Positions 24,801-37,372 of a stretch of 64,000 nucleotides of DNA are shown piece by piece; positions within the stretch are counted from its first letter, which is position 1; every line of letters begins with the position of its first letter. The position numbers and the translations under genes were made by a program. The notes beneath the pieces are model-generated. The model was given only the letters and a program-made list of their open reading frames with translations. It did not search any database and was not told the DNA's origin. The stretch is from Calcarisporiella thermophila CBS 279.70 (taxonomy: Eukaryota; Fungi; Calcarisporiellomycota), in the NCBI RefSeq assembly GCF_041956535.1, contig NW_027192191.1:817443-881442 (forward strand), given 5' to 3'.

Positions 24801-26377
24801 CAGATCATGCAATTGCTGCAATTAGCACGGCACAAATCGATACTCAATTACTCAACAGGATCAGAGATGGCTATGACAATGATCAGAAGCTGAAACCATT
24901 GTACGAATTCCTGAGGAATCAATCAAAACCTCCAAAGGAATGGCGTTATATGGTATCTAAGCATGTCATAACCAATGGACTAGTATACCGGAAGGAAGAG
25001 AATGGAAATCGTCCAGTCATTCCAAATGACAACGAAATTCGTCTCCAACTTCTGCAGGAAGCCCATGATACACCAACCGCGGGACATCAAGGGGTTGAGC
25101 GTACATACGAGTTAATACGAAGGCATTACCATTGGAAGAAAATGCATCGAACGGTACAGAGATTTGTAAAGTCATGCACAGTTTGCCAGAGGAGTAAAAC
25201 CGACAACAAAGCACCAGCAGGCCTCTTATAACCCATACAGGTTCCAAATCAACCTTGGCAGTCAGTATCACTCGATTTAATCACTAATATGCTGAGGACA
25301 CCAAGAGGTTATGATGCAATTCTGGTATTCGTAGATCGACTTACTAAGATGACTCACCTGGTCCCCACATCAAAGACAGCTACAGCAGCAACCATAGCCA
25401 GGTTATATTTCGACCATGTGTTCAAGCTTCATGGATTGGCTGAAACGATTATCTCAGATCGCGATCCAAGATTCACAGCTAATTTCTGGAAAGAGTTACA
25501 TCGACTTTTGGGTACAAAATTGAATTTCAGCACCGCTTTTCACCCACAGTCAGATGGTCAAACTGAGCGTACTAATCAGACTATTGAAAAGATTCTGCGC
25601 ACTTATGTTCAACAACAATCACCAGAGGAATGAGATCTATGGCTAACACAAGTTGAGTTTGCAATTAACAATGCCACGCAAGCGTCGACAGGACATTCTC
25701 CGTTTATGTTAAACAATGGTAGACACCCTCAGTCACCACTGTCTACATTGAGAGGAGGGGAGGATGGAAACAATTCTAAAACTCCCGCAGCGAGTGAGAT
25801 GGTTACAAAGATACAACATTTAATCCGAGTTGCGACTGATAATATCAAGGAAGCCCAAGAATCACAAGCAAAATACGCGGATCGACACCGTCGTGAGTTG
25901 GAGTTCAACGTTGGCGATCGAGTCATGCTGTCAACTGTAAATCTGGATATCCTGGTCAACAATACAGAGTTACCGAGGAAACTAACTGATCCATTTTTTG
26001 GACCATATCGAGTCAAAGAAAAGATCTCGCCGGTTAATTATCGACTTGAACTACCAAAAAGTTTTAAGATTCACGATGTGTTTCACGTGTCGCTGTTGAA
26101 ATCATACACACCTAATCCAGAGGAATTTCAGGGATGAGAAGAGCTACCGCCACCACCTATTGAAACTTCTGAGGGATTAGAATATGAGATTGATCGCATT
26201 ACAAGAAAACGTGGTAGTGGGAAAAATACCGAATATTACGTTTTGTGGAAAGGTTATCCTATCGAAGAAACATCTTGGGTTACGTTGGAAGATATGACCA
26301 ACGCCGATGAAGCCATCAAAGAGTTCGAGAGACGGAATAAGTCTTCAAGGAGAGGTCGACCTTCGAAGAGGAGGTGA
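21894..26377 (+). pseudogene. gag-pol of the chromovirus, interrupted by nonsense codons and frameshifts
   Basis: Stops at 22545, 23842, 25229, 25631 and 26135; frameshifts near 23040, 24000, 24500 and 24720. Confidence 0.9.
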
Positions 26378-26378
26378 A

Positions 26379-26635
26379 TGTCATGATGTTAATTTTACCC
26401 TCATGACGCTATTAAGGTCTAAGCCATAAATGGCCTAGGATCGTAATACCAATTTTATTAACTGTTATTTTGTATAACATTATTCGATAGTTTGATCTTT
26501 AAATAGTCTCTACTATTTGTTTTCTGGTCCTTACTTCTTTTTCTTTGTTCTTTTATTATATTTTATTATATTATTATAGAGGAGTCCAAAAGTAGAAATA
26601 CTTTTGTAACAACTTTTTGCAACTGAATCATGACA
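26379..26635 (+). repeat. 3' LTR of the chromovirus
   Basis: Starts TG directly after the PPT; ends either TGTAACA (26611) or ATCATGACA (26635; 9-bp inverted match to the start TGTCATGAT); 31 bp (26585-26615) identical to 21804-21834. Confidence 0.8.
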
Positions 26636-27307
26636 CACGCTATGGAAATCATCCGAAATGAAAATATAGCTGACTGTATTAATAAAGATATTTTATTTTA
26701 ATTAAATATATAAATATATTCTAGATTATTGCTTAGAGTGTACTTTTGTGTCTAGTGTACCCTACTCCTGTTTGCTCCGAATTTGAGAATTTTAGTTTCA
26801 AGAAACAAGAAATTCTTTGTTGGCTAAAAATATCGACGAGGGCCTTCAAAGGGAATTAATATTATTTCTCTACTGTATATTTTACATCCGACTTCAACCC
26901 TGCCCTCTTATTATTTAATAATAATCGTCTTCATCATAGAGAGTGTACTATGAAATTCCCCTCAATTATATAAAATATATGATTGAGAAAGTACTGTCTA
27001 CTCCTTTATGTCAGTCAACTTTTGTGTTAAAAGCACCGACTATTGGAGAAATACCCTTTTGAGATATTTGTTTGCTCTTACTCCAAATATATGCTAAATA
27101 AATTTAAAGCAATCAAAATTTATTTTAGAGTGATATGATATTTATGAGTTATATATCTCTGAATTACAGAAATTGTTTTTTAGAGACTAAATTAGAGCTA
27201 CGTGAACAGCAGAATTAGAGTCATATTAAAGGGGCTTGCTTAATCCAAAATAAATATAGAGAGCAGAATGAAATATGCAGATATGATGCGAAGGGACCTC
27301 ACAAATA

Positions 27308-27511
27308 TCAGCAGCTTGCATCGCATTCTTTATAATTTGTTATACATTGACTACAGGACGGATTGCTTGGATCGTAGTTATTATTACAATCGGAAACAAA
27401 GCAGTTATAAAATACGCTATCGCATTGTCCAGCACAGTCCAGAGCTCGGATCAGACGAAACTGGTAAAAGAAGAGTATAGCGATCAAAAGCGACTGCAAC
27501 AGAGGCTTCAT
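27308..27511 (-). CDS. small secreted 8-Cys protein (67 aa), paralog of 14615-14854
   Basis: MKPLLQSLLIAILFFYQFRLIRA signal-like N-terminus; Cx3Cx6Cx4Cx10Cx2Cx6Cx3C. Confidence 0.85.
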   Translation of the reverse strand: MKPLLQSLLIAILFFYQFRLIRALDCAGQCDSVFYNCFVSDCNNNYDPSNPSCSQCITNYKECDASC

Positions 27512-27947
27512 ATTTGACAATAATGTTGAAATGACTACTAACAGATAGCAAAAGAGCGCAAAAGAAATATCGATGGCCATTGAAGCAATTATCATATATA
27601 TATTCAATCAATAGGGAGATCCTTGTTTCTAATTCGCCTAAAACATTTGGGAATACGTGATTACGAAAATTTTCAGACATCGATTTCCTGGTTCAACTAC
27701 TTGAAATAGACCCTGGCTTAAAACCGTCTTCTGTACCTTTAATTATTTTCACAGATCATCTAGTTCCGTCAACCAGCCACAGCAACCGTTCCAGGGAAAT
27801 ATGTACTATGTTACCAGCAAAATTTACCTGAATACTGTGTATGTATATTTACTGTACATATTTTTGATAGTAAGAGTATTTAAAACGCTTGTAGAATATA
27901 TTTTAGAGGGAAATGATATAAAATTATTTACAAACAGTATAAAGATT

Positions 27948-30900
27948 TTAAAACAATGCTTTCTCAACGGCTTCTCTCTTATGGGTTTTTGGAAGCGAAT
28001 CAACTCCTTTACGCACTAGTTCTTCTTCAATTTCGCCTCGTTTGCACGCGGGCGGAATATTATGGACAATATTAAAGATCAATATGTATAGCCGTTCGAT
28101 AGATTGCTCATCGAATATTGAGCGACATCCTAAACATACATTTCGAAATATAATTGATGTGAAAATGGGAGATGCTTCGGAATTCTCCACCCACGCGTTC
28201 CAAAGAATCTATTTAAAAAAAAGTATAAATGTGTTTAGAGGCTAGATAAAGTGAAATCTTCAGGAATAGAAATAAACCTCGAGAACCCTAGTTAATTGAT
28301 GCACAACTGTCCCTTCAGCTTTTTGAAGGGATGGTTCTAGCTTCCTTAGTATACAAAATGAACACAAAACCTTGATTGCGAAGCTGACAATTGCCAGGCG
28401 TATTCTCCCTAATAACCATAACCTCTGTTAATGACACTCCATTACCTTTTATAATAGAAACAAGCTACCTTCCAAGTCAATGTCTTCGAAGACTGAACTC
28501 ACGTTAGATGTCAAATCTACGACAGAGAGAATTCCTCTATTGATAAGTTCTCTTACTAAAATCACAAGTAATCTCCAATATTCGTTTGAAACCCGAGTAG
28601 TCAGTACGCGACAGAATGCAAGCGGAGCATAGGTGGAAAAAATAGGCCGGATATATGCAATGTGTTGTTCCTGCGCAAGATTCTAATTTATTCAAATTGA
28701 TAATCTGAATGAGTAGAGGTATGCGAAAGCATGGATGCTGAATTATATACCTGAACAAGGCGAAAACACCATCCTTCAGATATACTACATCCCTCGATGA
28801 ACGCAAATAGCTGCTGCAGCTGTCTCATTAACAGCTTGCTCCCCTTTGAATCAACCAAGGGTTCAGAAATTGGAGTGAGTCCCTCATCACTGCCACAAAA
28901 TTCTATCAATTGTGCCGGCACTCTGATTTGGGGGACTAGGAACCCAAACTTATTACTGCATTCATGGAGCAGTGGACATAATAACATTTGTGTACTCCAG
29001 TCTATGACAATGTCGTTTGATATGGTTCAGAAAATGTTATAGAGGATTAAAATCAGTAAAGACTTACCAAGATCATTCAATTTATCATAAAATCGTTCAA
29101 CTGCTAAGTACAATAAGCTGTCCGATATAGTATTGTATTCCGAATTTTTGATCCATCCCATTCCTATACTCATAGTCGCACTCAGAGCTTGCTCTACTAA
29201 ATCAAGTATTTTCAGGTCAATTGCATTCCGAGCTCGAAGATTGTACAACAAGGACAAATGATAGATAAGCTCTATGGATTGAACGTTAGATAGCCAGCAC
29301 TGGATTGATTCTTCAATAGGCGACTTTAATGTTGATTCAATAAAGATATTCAATATGTGGAGACAGGCGATCAAAGTAATTTCGCGACCGGGAACATCTA
29401 ACGTTGCAGGTCGAAGAAAGGGAAGGATGCAATATTCAAGCAGTTCGCGAATATCGAAAAGATTCTCAGAGAAGAGTTCACCAACACTTCCATCATCCAG
29501 ATTACAAGACGCTGTGTTATTCTAATATGAATTTTATAGTAAATCAAAAGAGAAATATACTATATTCTTTGTATGCACTTACCATTGCAATTGAGCACTG
29601 TTTCAATAGACTAATAAAATTAACTATTTCTACCTCCTCTTTCCAAACAGTATCCCCCTCATCCACGTCTTGGAGGATGCTTCGAATCACTTCTATCAAC
29701 AGAGAATGGCATGTTGTAGTTGGCCGTAGCCAGCACAGTCGACCCATTCGTCTCAAAACGGAAACAATAAATACGGCTTGCCCTTTATTGTGGATGGCAG
29801 ACTGGACGAGATGAAGTAGTACTTGAAAGGGAGATATTAATGATAGCTATGTGAAATAATATGAAATGTTAAAAATCATAATGGTGATTGTTTCTTCTCA
29901 TATTTGACAATAGAAATATACCTCGATAAGAGTATCTACAACCGAGTCTTGAGCCGGCTGTGTTATTTCTGTATATGGAATATCCTCTTTTTCCTCATTC
30001 TTCGATTCAGCTACGAATTGATTAGATGCAGTGATCAGAGTTCGATTAAAATCAAAAGGCCATATATCAAACGCTCCAAAAGTAGGCTCATCAATCTGTA
30101 GTGACCCTTGTCTAATATATAAAGAAAAGGAATAAAATGTTAATCAAGAGATAATTACTGAAAATTTGATTCCAAAACCTGTTATGAAAAGTCCAATCTC
30201 TAAAGCGATTTCTATCCTCTATCGATGGAATATTGCGGAAAATTTTTAATAATAATAGAGTGGCGTATTTCTGTTGATATGGAAGAAAAAAATAATGAAA
30301 AAAATATTAATTGATTAAAAAGGCAACATGGTGTAAGTGATGTCACTTACAAAACCTTCTTTATGTTCAGCTAATTCCAAGTTTGTTATCAGCTTTATCC
30401 TCCAAATGCTCTTATAATATTCACAATAAAGGCCTTCGGAAACTACCGATCTTGCAATTTGCTCCATAACTCTCTCCTCTTTGATTGATGTGCAATAAGA
30501 AGAACTAGTGAGGAGGATCTCGTCAAATGATATATTTATATACTATTCACAATATTCACATACCCGACGAATAGGTCAAAAAATTGTACCAGAACCTTCA
30601 GCAGCGTTGCGAAACCGACCTCCTCTCGAATTACACACTCGAATACCCACCGAAGCCATTTGCTCGGTGACCATGACTTATTTCTGCTCATGCAACCAGC
30701 TGATAACAATGACTTATGATGTTCTAAAGTCCATTGCAGAGAAAAGGGTAAATTTTCATATATCATTTGACATATGGTCATAAAGACGCGTTCTCGTTGG
30801 GTTATATCGGTATAATCGAAACTTTCTTCTTCATTCAGCTCAAAAAGACTGTAGAATAGAAACGCAATGAGTAAGTGAAGAATAAATAGAGCGTATTGCT

Positions 30901-31924
30901 AAATATCACGTACAGAGGTAAGCTCGCAAAGACATTATTGCTTTTAGAAACTCTTCTCATGGAAGTGTTGTGTGCATCTGTCTCAGAAAATAAGTCCTTT
31001 TTTCTCAAGCTTATAGACGAATCGATCTCGGTATCTAGTTTATGTTCTAATATTAAAGCATTACTATCTTTCAACCAGTTTATTAGCTGTTCAGAAGCAG
31101 TGTCTGTGAATATATAAAATAAGATAAATCAATAGTCTCAAATAATATAAAAAATAAGCTTATAACCTTTTTGATCGATAAGAACGCCTAGATTGGCACA
31201 AATATTCTTTAAATGTGGCCACTGATGCGGTTCATGTTCAAGAACACATGCGATGATCTTAAGGGAGATCTATAAGGATATGTAGGGTGATTCTTATATA
31301 AAATGCCTAGCAGATAGCATCTCTTACTCGTGGAGGAAGGGTATACAATATTTCAGCCTGTTGATTTTCGAGACCCAGCTTCGCAACAAGATAAAGATAT
31401 ATTCGAGTTTCCAAACAACGCTTTGAGCTGTTGGAATTGTAGAGCATGGAATTTTCGCCTGAATATTAACATTCATGTATGATGATTAACAAATGGATTG
31501 CCAATTGTTGTCGAAAATTTTACGAATAGATCTAGGTTACAAAGGATCGATACCTTCTTTTTTTCGCCATGCTAGAAAGAGCATAAGGTGTGCGAAATAT
31601 CTATTTGTATTGATGTAATCGTCTTCTGCCGTCATAGAACGAATAATCGGCTCCAAAATTGAATATGCGTAGGAACTGATATAAACATTACGTTATCGAA
31701 GAGAATAGAACAAGAGACTCAATTAGAACGCTATATAGCGTTTAAATAAAAATAGTATCTTTACCATGCATCTTCAATGTCGCTATTCTCCTCTATTTTT
31801 TGAAGGCAAATCTCGAACTCGTTCTAGATAATTAAGTTTCATTTGAATATTAATTCGCATGTGTCTCTGGTCCGAGGCCTATGTGAAGAGATGTACTTAC
31901 TCTAAATTTGAAACGCCTTGCCAT
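27948..31924 (-). CDS. large uncharacterised Leu/Ile/Cys-rich, probably alpha-solenoid protein, many exons
   Basis: Phase-consistent GT-AG exons from MARRFKFR|NEFEICLQKIEEN to ..KREAVEKALF*; amphipathic-helix pattern; family not recognised. Confidence 0.7.
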
Positions 31925-32044
31925 GAAATGTGTATTGGAGAATATATCGCAGAGGGATGATAAATTTTCATTGATTAGCATTTTTTGAGCCACAATCCGG
32001 TCACTCTTGAGCTTTCACTAATAATCCCAATTACATAGAAAATC

Positions 32045-33057
32045 ATGAACAGATTATTTGGTACATCGAAACCAAAACAACCGAAGCCAACTCTCAATGA
32101 CGCTATTTTATCGGTACTATCTTCTCATTAAATTGCATCATCGTTAAAATAATCTGATAAATTGGTAAACTTTTTCAATTTAAGACCGATAGTAGAGTTG
32201 ATGCTATTGAGGTCAAGATTAAAAAGCTCGAAGCAGAGCTAGCAAAATACAGAGATCAGATGAATAAGATGCGCGAAGGTCCTGGAAAGGTATGACTATC
32301 CCATAGGATATACTAAAAGAACTTTCACGCAATTTATATGGCAAATCAAATGAACTCTTTTATGCATATTACAGAATGCTGTCAAATCCAGAGCTTTACG
32401 TGTACTGAAACAAAAGCGTCAATATGAAGGTCAACGTGATCAATTATTGCAGCAAGTGGCTAATATGGAGCAAACTCAATTTACTACTGAGAATTTGAAG
32501 AACGTTGCAGTGTCGTTTGATGCACTGCGAACAGCAAGCAAAGAGATGAAGAAGCAATATCGTGGGATCGATATCGACAAAATAGATGTAAAACTCTTCT
32601 TATTAGAGCTATTCTTTTGTTCTTTATTTTCATCCTCCATTTATTTTCTACTTAGTCGATTCAAGATGAGCTTGAAGATCTTATGGAAAAAGCCAACGAT
32701 GTTCAAGAAGCACTTGGGCGGTCATACGGTGTTCCGGAGGAAATAGACGAGGAAGAGTTGGATGCAGGTAGGTATTTTTTTTTCTTTTCTTCATAATTTT
32801 TAATTCATATGCGTTACGAATTGAAGAATTGGATGCTCTTGGGGACGAGTTAAATTTTGAAGAGGAAGAGATGCCTTCCTATTTACAAGAGCCTGAGATG
32901 CCAGAGGCGCCTAGTGGTGTGACAGCAGAGTCAGAAACGAAAGAGGTATATAGCGATAATCGCCGGGATTTTGTAATATTCTTGGTAAATAACTATGAAA
33001 TTCCTTACATAGGGTGTTAAAGTGGATGAATTCGGTCTACCAGTTGCTGCCGATTAA
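32045..33057 (+). CDS. VPS60: ESCRT-III-associated Vps60/CHMP5 (Snf7 family)
   Basis: [78 protein letters not shown]. Confidence 0.93.
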
Positions 33058-33326
33058 TTGCAATTGATCGCATGTGTATTTTTTTTTTTTTGGTATCTTT
33101 GATTTTCTCCTTTAGCCAATATACTCGCATCTCCTATTATCTACTATGGCAACATTGCTATAGTATTCTTGTAAATTTTAGTCAGTATTACACTCCATAC
33201 ATTTCACTCACAATTTATTAAATCAGGAACATAATACAAGCTAATGCTCTAATCAAGGAATAAGCTGGGAAATGTTTCCTTATGATAGTCGGTACGGTAA
33301 AATACAATAGTAGGGTGAGGCGATTC

Positions 33327-33388
33327 TCGCGTTTAATTTAAGAAATGCTGACGTAACGCGATTTCAACAAAAAAAAAAAAAAACGCGA
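33327..33388. promoter_or_regulatory. cluster of three ACGCGA (MCB-like) boxes plus TGACGT upstream of MRC1
   Basis: TCGCGT 33327, TGACGTAACGCGA 33349-33361, ACGCGA 33383. Confidence 0.5.
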
Positions 33389-33716
33389 CTCGTATTTTAA
33401 ATGGGCTCCAAATGGCTTTTTAAAAATCTGGTTTAAAAACTATACTATATCTCTATTCTTAATTTGTAATTTCCCGTTAGTGATTATTGTCTTTTACCTT
33501 CTTGTCTATTATTCAATATTATCTCACTCGAAACTTCTCCCTTTTTTTGGGCATACATTTGTAACCGCTGCATTTTACACCAGTTTATACAATTCTTTAA
33601 CTTTGTCGTACGCTCTCCCATACTCGAATATTAAACATTTTAGGTAATTAGTTTTTTTAATTTTGTCGAGTAAGTTTATAAACTTTTACTCTCTTATCTT
33701 TATTAGTTTCTGGACA

Positions 33717-36636
33717 ATGACAGGAGCTATAAGTAGTATGGCAGATGATTCTGTGCGTCTTAATTCTAGAGAAGGCCTCGTTACCCCCCACCCTTCCTCG
33801 GAGTTACATGAGTCAGAACTTGCTCCATCTTCACCCAAAATTATAGAAGACAAGTTTATTACTCGCCCACTACTATCCGAAGAACGATTAAAACAACTAT
33901 TAGCAAAGGCACTTATCGACGGCGATGACGAGGAAACGCCAGAGAGAGAATTAGCACCGTCGCAGCAAGCACATGAATTAAATAACCCTGGTGGCTGGCG
34001 AAAAAGCCTGGTACATGAAGTGGAGGAAGAAAGCGAGGAGTATGATTCGGAGGAAAATGAAAATACGTTTCAGAATCAACATAAAAATAATAGCAAAGAT
34101 GATAAAAAGAAACCGACCAAACCAAAGGTAATTTTTCATAACTGATGCTCACTAATACAAGAATAACTAATTTCCATTTTTTTTTTGTTCTAGCCTTTGA
34201 CAAAGAGAGAGCTTTTGGAAATGCATAAAGAAAGCGATAGACTTATTCGAAGTAATTGCTTCATTAGGCCTATCTGATATCAACACTAAAATTCCTTTTT
34301 CTTCACAGATGCTGTTGTCGCACTGGAGCCACGAGTTGTTAAGAAAAAGACACTTTCCGAGTTTTTAGCAAAAGTTAAACCAAATTCGTCTAGCGAAATG
34401 TAAGTTCTTTAATACATTTTGCTCCACGTTAAGCTTCACTCACAAATTTTGTAGGTCACTTGAACCAGCACAATGCACCGAAACAAACAATGATCAAAAT
34501 AATGAAAACAGTCTGAACAGCCTAGATAACATAGCATCAATCAATGATACATTTCAGTATACTTCTCCTAATAACTCTCGAAACCAACGGAGAGCACGTC
34601 TCCTCGAACTTGCAGCCCAGACTCAAAGAAATGAAGAAGAGAGCGATGATGACCTTGAGATCGTCGGAGGACCTCCCAAAGAAGCTCTAGCAGCAGATTC
34701 TTGCTTAGATTCGTCTGCTAGAAAAGACTTTGACCTGTCGAAAACTCCGCTTACGTTGAATGAACTTAATATGCGTCTCAAAGAGCGAATAGCCCGAGAT
34801 CTCGTAGAAAGAGCACAAAAACTCGAGGAAGAAGCTAAAGCAAAGGGAATGTGGAAATCATCTGAAGATTATGCCAAAGAACAAATGGAGAAAGAACAAG
34901 CAGCGGAACGTGAGAAAGAATGGGAAGAGCGACGAAAGAGAAATCAGCAAGGCGGAAATGACGATGATGATGAAGATGACAGTGAATATTTTGAAGAAGA
35001 GGAGGGATTAGATGAAGAAGAGGTCGCGCTTGGAATCGTGAAATTAGGAGACGGAGTCGATGTAAGTGAAGATGAAGAATCACAGGAAAATGAGAGCGAA
35101 TCTGTAAATGGCGGAAGTGGACATGAAGAAGCACCATTTTCCGACGAGGATTTGGAAGAAAATGAGGAAGAAGAAAATGGTTTCGAAAAAAAAATCAAGT
35201 CTTCTGTTATTCCTTCTCTTCCTCCTACGAAAGAATGGGTATGGAGTAATGAAAATACTCAGGAACAGAATGATTCTGAATCTGCCACTCCGACCGATCT
35301 CCGCTTGGTGAATGCTCTAGAGCCATTTCACGATGCTAGGTATTGTAATTTCTTTAAATTAATATACTAAAAATATAGTCGATTAAAAGGTGGATTGTTT
35401 TGATAGCAATATAAAGCCAAGTTCTTTCCCAGGAGATACACCCTTTTCGACTTTTAGTAATGATATTTCCGGCAATGATCCTGACGATAGTAACCAAGAA
35501 AGCGATAGTAATCATAATGATGAAGAGAGTATTGATGATGAAGCTCGTCGTGAGCGGATGTTGGCGTATAAAAATATGCTTAGGGTTCAGCAATTTAAAG
35601 CGCAAAAATCATCTAAACTGAAATCAGACTTCGTAGAGGAGGAGGCAGAGGAATCAGAAGATGAATTTATGGGTATAGGGGGTGAAGATGAGAATGAAGA
35701 TAATTTGGATGAATTTGAAGAGGATGGAGTTGTGATTCCAGCAGCGCTTGAGGGATTGGACAAAGATGAACGCGTAGATGAGACCAAACTAAGGGCATTT
35801 CATATGTACATTACAATCTTCGGGTTCACATTATTTAAGCCTATTTCACTTATTCTCCTATCATTATCACAGGAAATCCTTGGCTGAGCAGGACAAAGAA
35901 GAGGTGTCCGCGCTATTGAAAGATATCACCAATCACACCTTACTAAAGCGGCGTCGTGATATTGATGACAAAGGTTTTGGCTTCGATGACGATGACTGGT
36001 ACGATGAGTATTATCACACAAGCCGGAGCCTTCCCAGTTGGTACAAAAAGAAAAAAAGAAATGAGGACGATGAGCAAGATCAGCTAGCAAAACTTGGTAT
36101 ACTTTAATTATATGTTTTCCATTGAATTAGGAGATTTATTTTTTCTCCTCTAATTAGCTGCCAACCCCGAGACAGCGGCTTTCGCTAAAGCTGCTGCGAT
36201 GCATCAAATGAGAACCAACCTTGAGATATTGGACAGAGAAAGTGTGGAGGAGTCCCTTGAATCGGAAGAGGATTTTGATCAATCAGATGACAACCCAGAA
36301 GAAAGAGAGGGTGATGAGGAAAGTGAGGTAGATGCAGACCCATACGACTCACCTCTTAGGCCTAGCGACAGTTTACTGAGCCCAGAATCGAGTAATGTGA
36401 ATACCGAGGAATACGCTGGCGAAATATACACACAGGATGAGGACCAAGAATACAATATCACCGAGATCCCGAGAGATGCGCTCGACTCATTGGCCGATAC
36501 CAGGATTGGAATGGCGGACGAGGATATTCTTAACATGATTGAAGAGACGAATCGGTCTGGGCCTAAAATCCCTCGACTATCACGGGTTGCTTCTCCACCT
36601 CCTCTGGGAGGTATGTTTTTCAAATCTACGCAGTGA
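33717..36636 (+). CDS. MRC1: replication checkpoint mediator Mrc1/Claspin-like, acidic, multi-exon; 3' end uncertain
   Basis: LLEMHKESDRLIR segment, MRC1-domain motif SDFVEEEAEESEDEFMGIGG, EQDKEEVSALLKDI, LAANPETAAFAK. Confidence 0.8.
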
Positions 36637-37297
36637 TACAGTAGTACAGTTGTGTATTTCTGTTTAGTTAAACTTCTTTCTTTAACTCCAAAACTGATAA
36701 TGATATTTAAAAATATGTAATATATTGGATATCCATGAACTATCTTTGCATGGCTTTAACTCGAACCCGTGTTATAAGAAACCATCTGCAAAATACTAGA
36801 TTCAAGCAACAGTGTATCATCAGTTCCTCATTTCGGGATTGCCGTATTTTGAGTTCACTATTTTTCAAGCATTTTATAGTTTCAGAGAAGTTTCAGGCAT
36901 ACTTAGCCCGCCGAGCCGGGGCAGGGGTGATGACTAATGTCCACAGCCTCAATCAAAAGCGAAAATTCAAGTTTTGTTATTTTCACATAACTTCTCTTTT
37001 CCCATTTCATTTTATCTTATTTGCTTTTAAAGAGAAAGTAGGGGATTACTCGCAGTGCTTGAGAAAACGAATTTGTCGTCTTCATCTTCACATTTCTTCT
37101 CTTAACCTTTATTACTTCCCTTTTTTCCCTTTTTTCCCTTTTCTCCTTTTTTCTTTCGCTCATTGCGATTGCTGGAACTACAAGGAGCATTAGTCGCCCG
37201 TCGTTCTAGCTATTCCCTCACAAAACCTGTTACCTCAGCAAAAGAACACCGCGTTGTTTTCCCAACAGTTCAGTACTGAATATCACGAACAATCAAA

Positions 37298-37372
37298 ATG
37301 CCTATCATGTGTAAACTCCCCAGAAACGCCGATAATGTCCCGTGGACTACTACCACAGGATCAAGTTGTTGA
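37298..37372 (+). promoter_or_regulatory. uORF (24 aa) overlapping the first in-frame ATG of the Gcn4-like gene
   Basis: First ATG after the pyrimidine tract, strong context CAAAATG; MPIMCKLPRNADNVPWTTTTGSSC*; out of frame with the bZIP ORF. Confidence 0.55.

Larger units (their letters stand above)
21804..26635 (+). mobile_element. decayed Ty3/gypsy chromovirus LTR retrotransposon (gag-PR-RT-RH-IN-chromodomain); 5' LTR almost entirely missing
   Basis: Gag with CSSCRQKGHHQQAC knuckle (~22715); protease LIDDGS; [15 protein letters not shown]; RNase H DASD; integrase H..GH..C..C, SDRD, HPQSDGQTERTN, GPY; chromodomain EYEIDRI..YYVLWKGY (~26180); PBS TGGTAGCG at 21834; PPT 26365-26378; at least 5 stops and several frameshifts. 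Confidence 0.95.
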
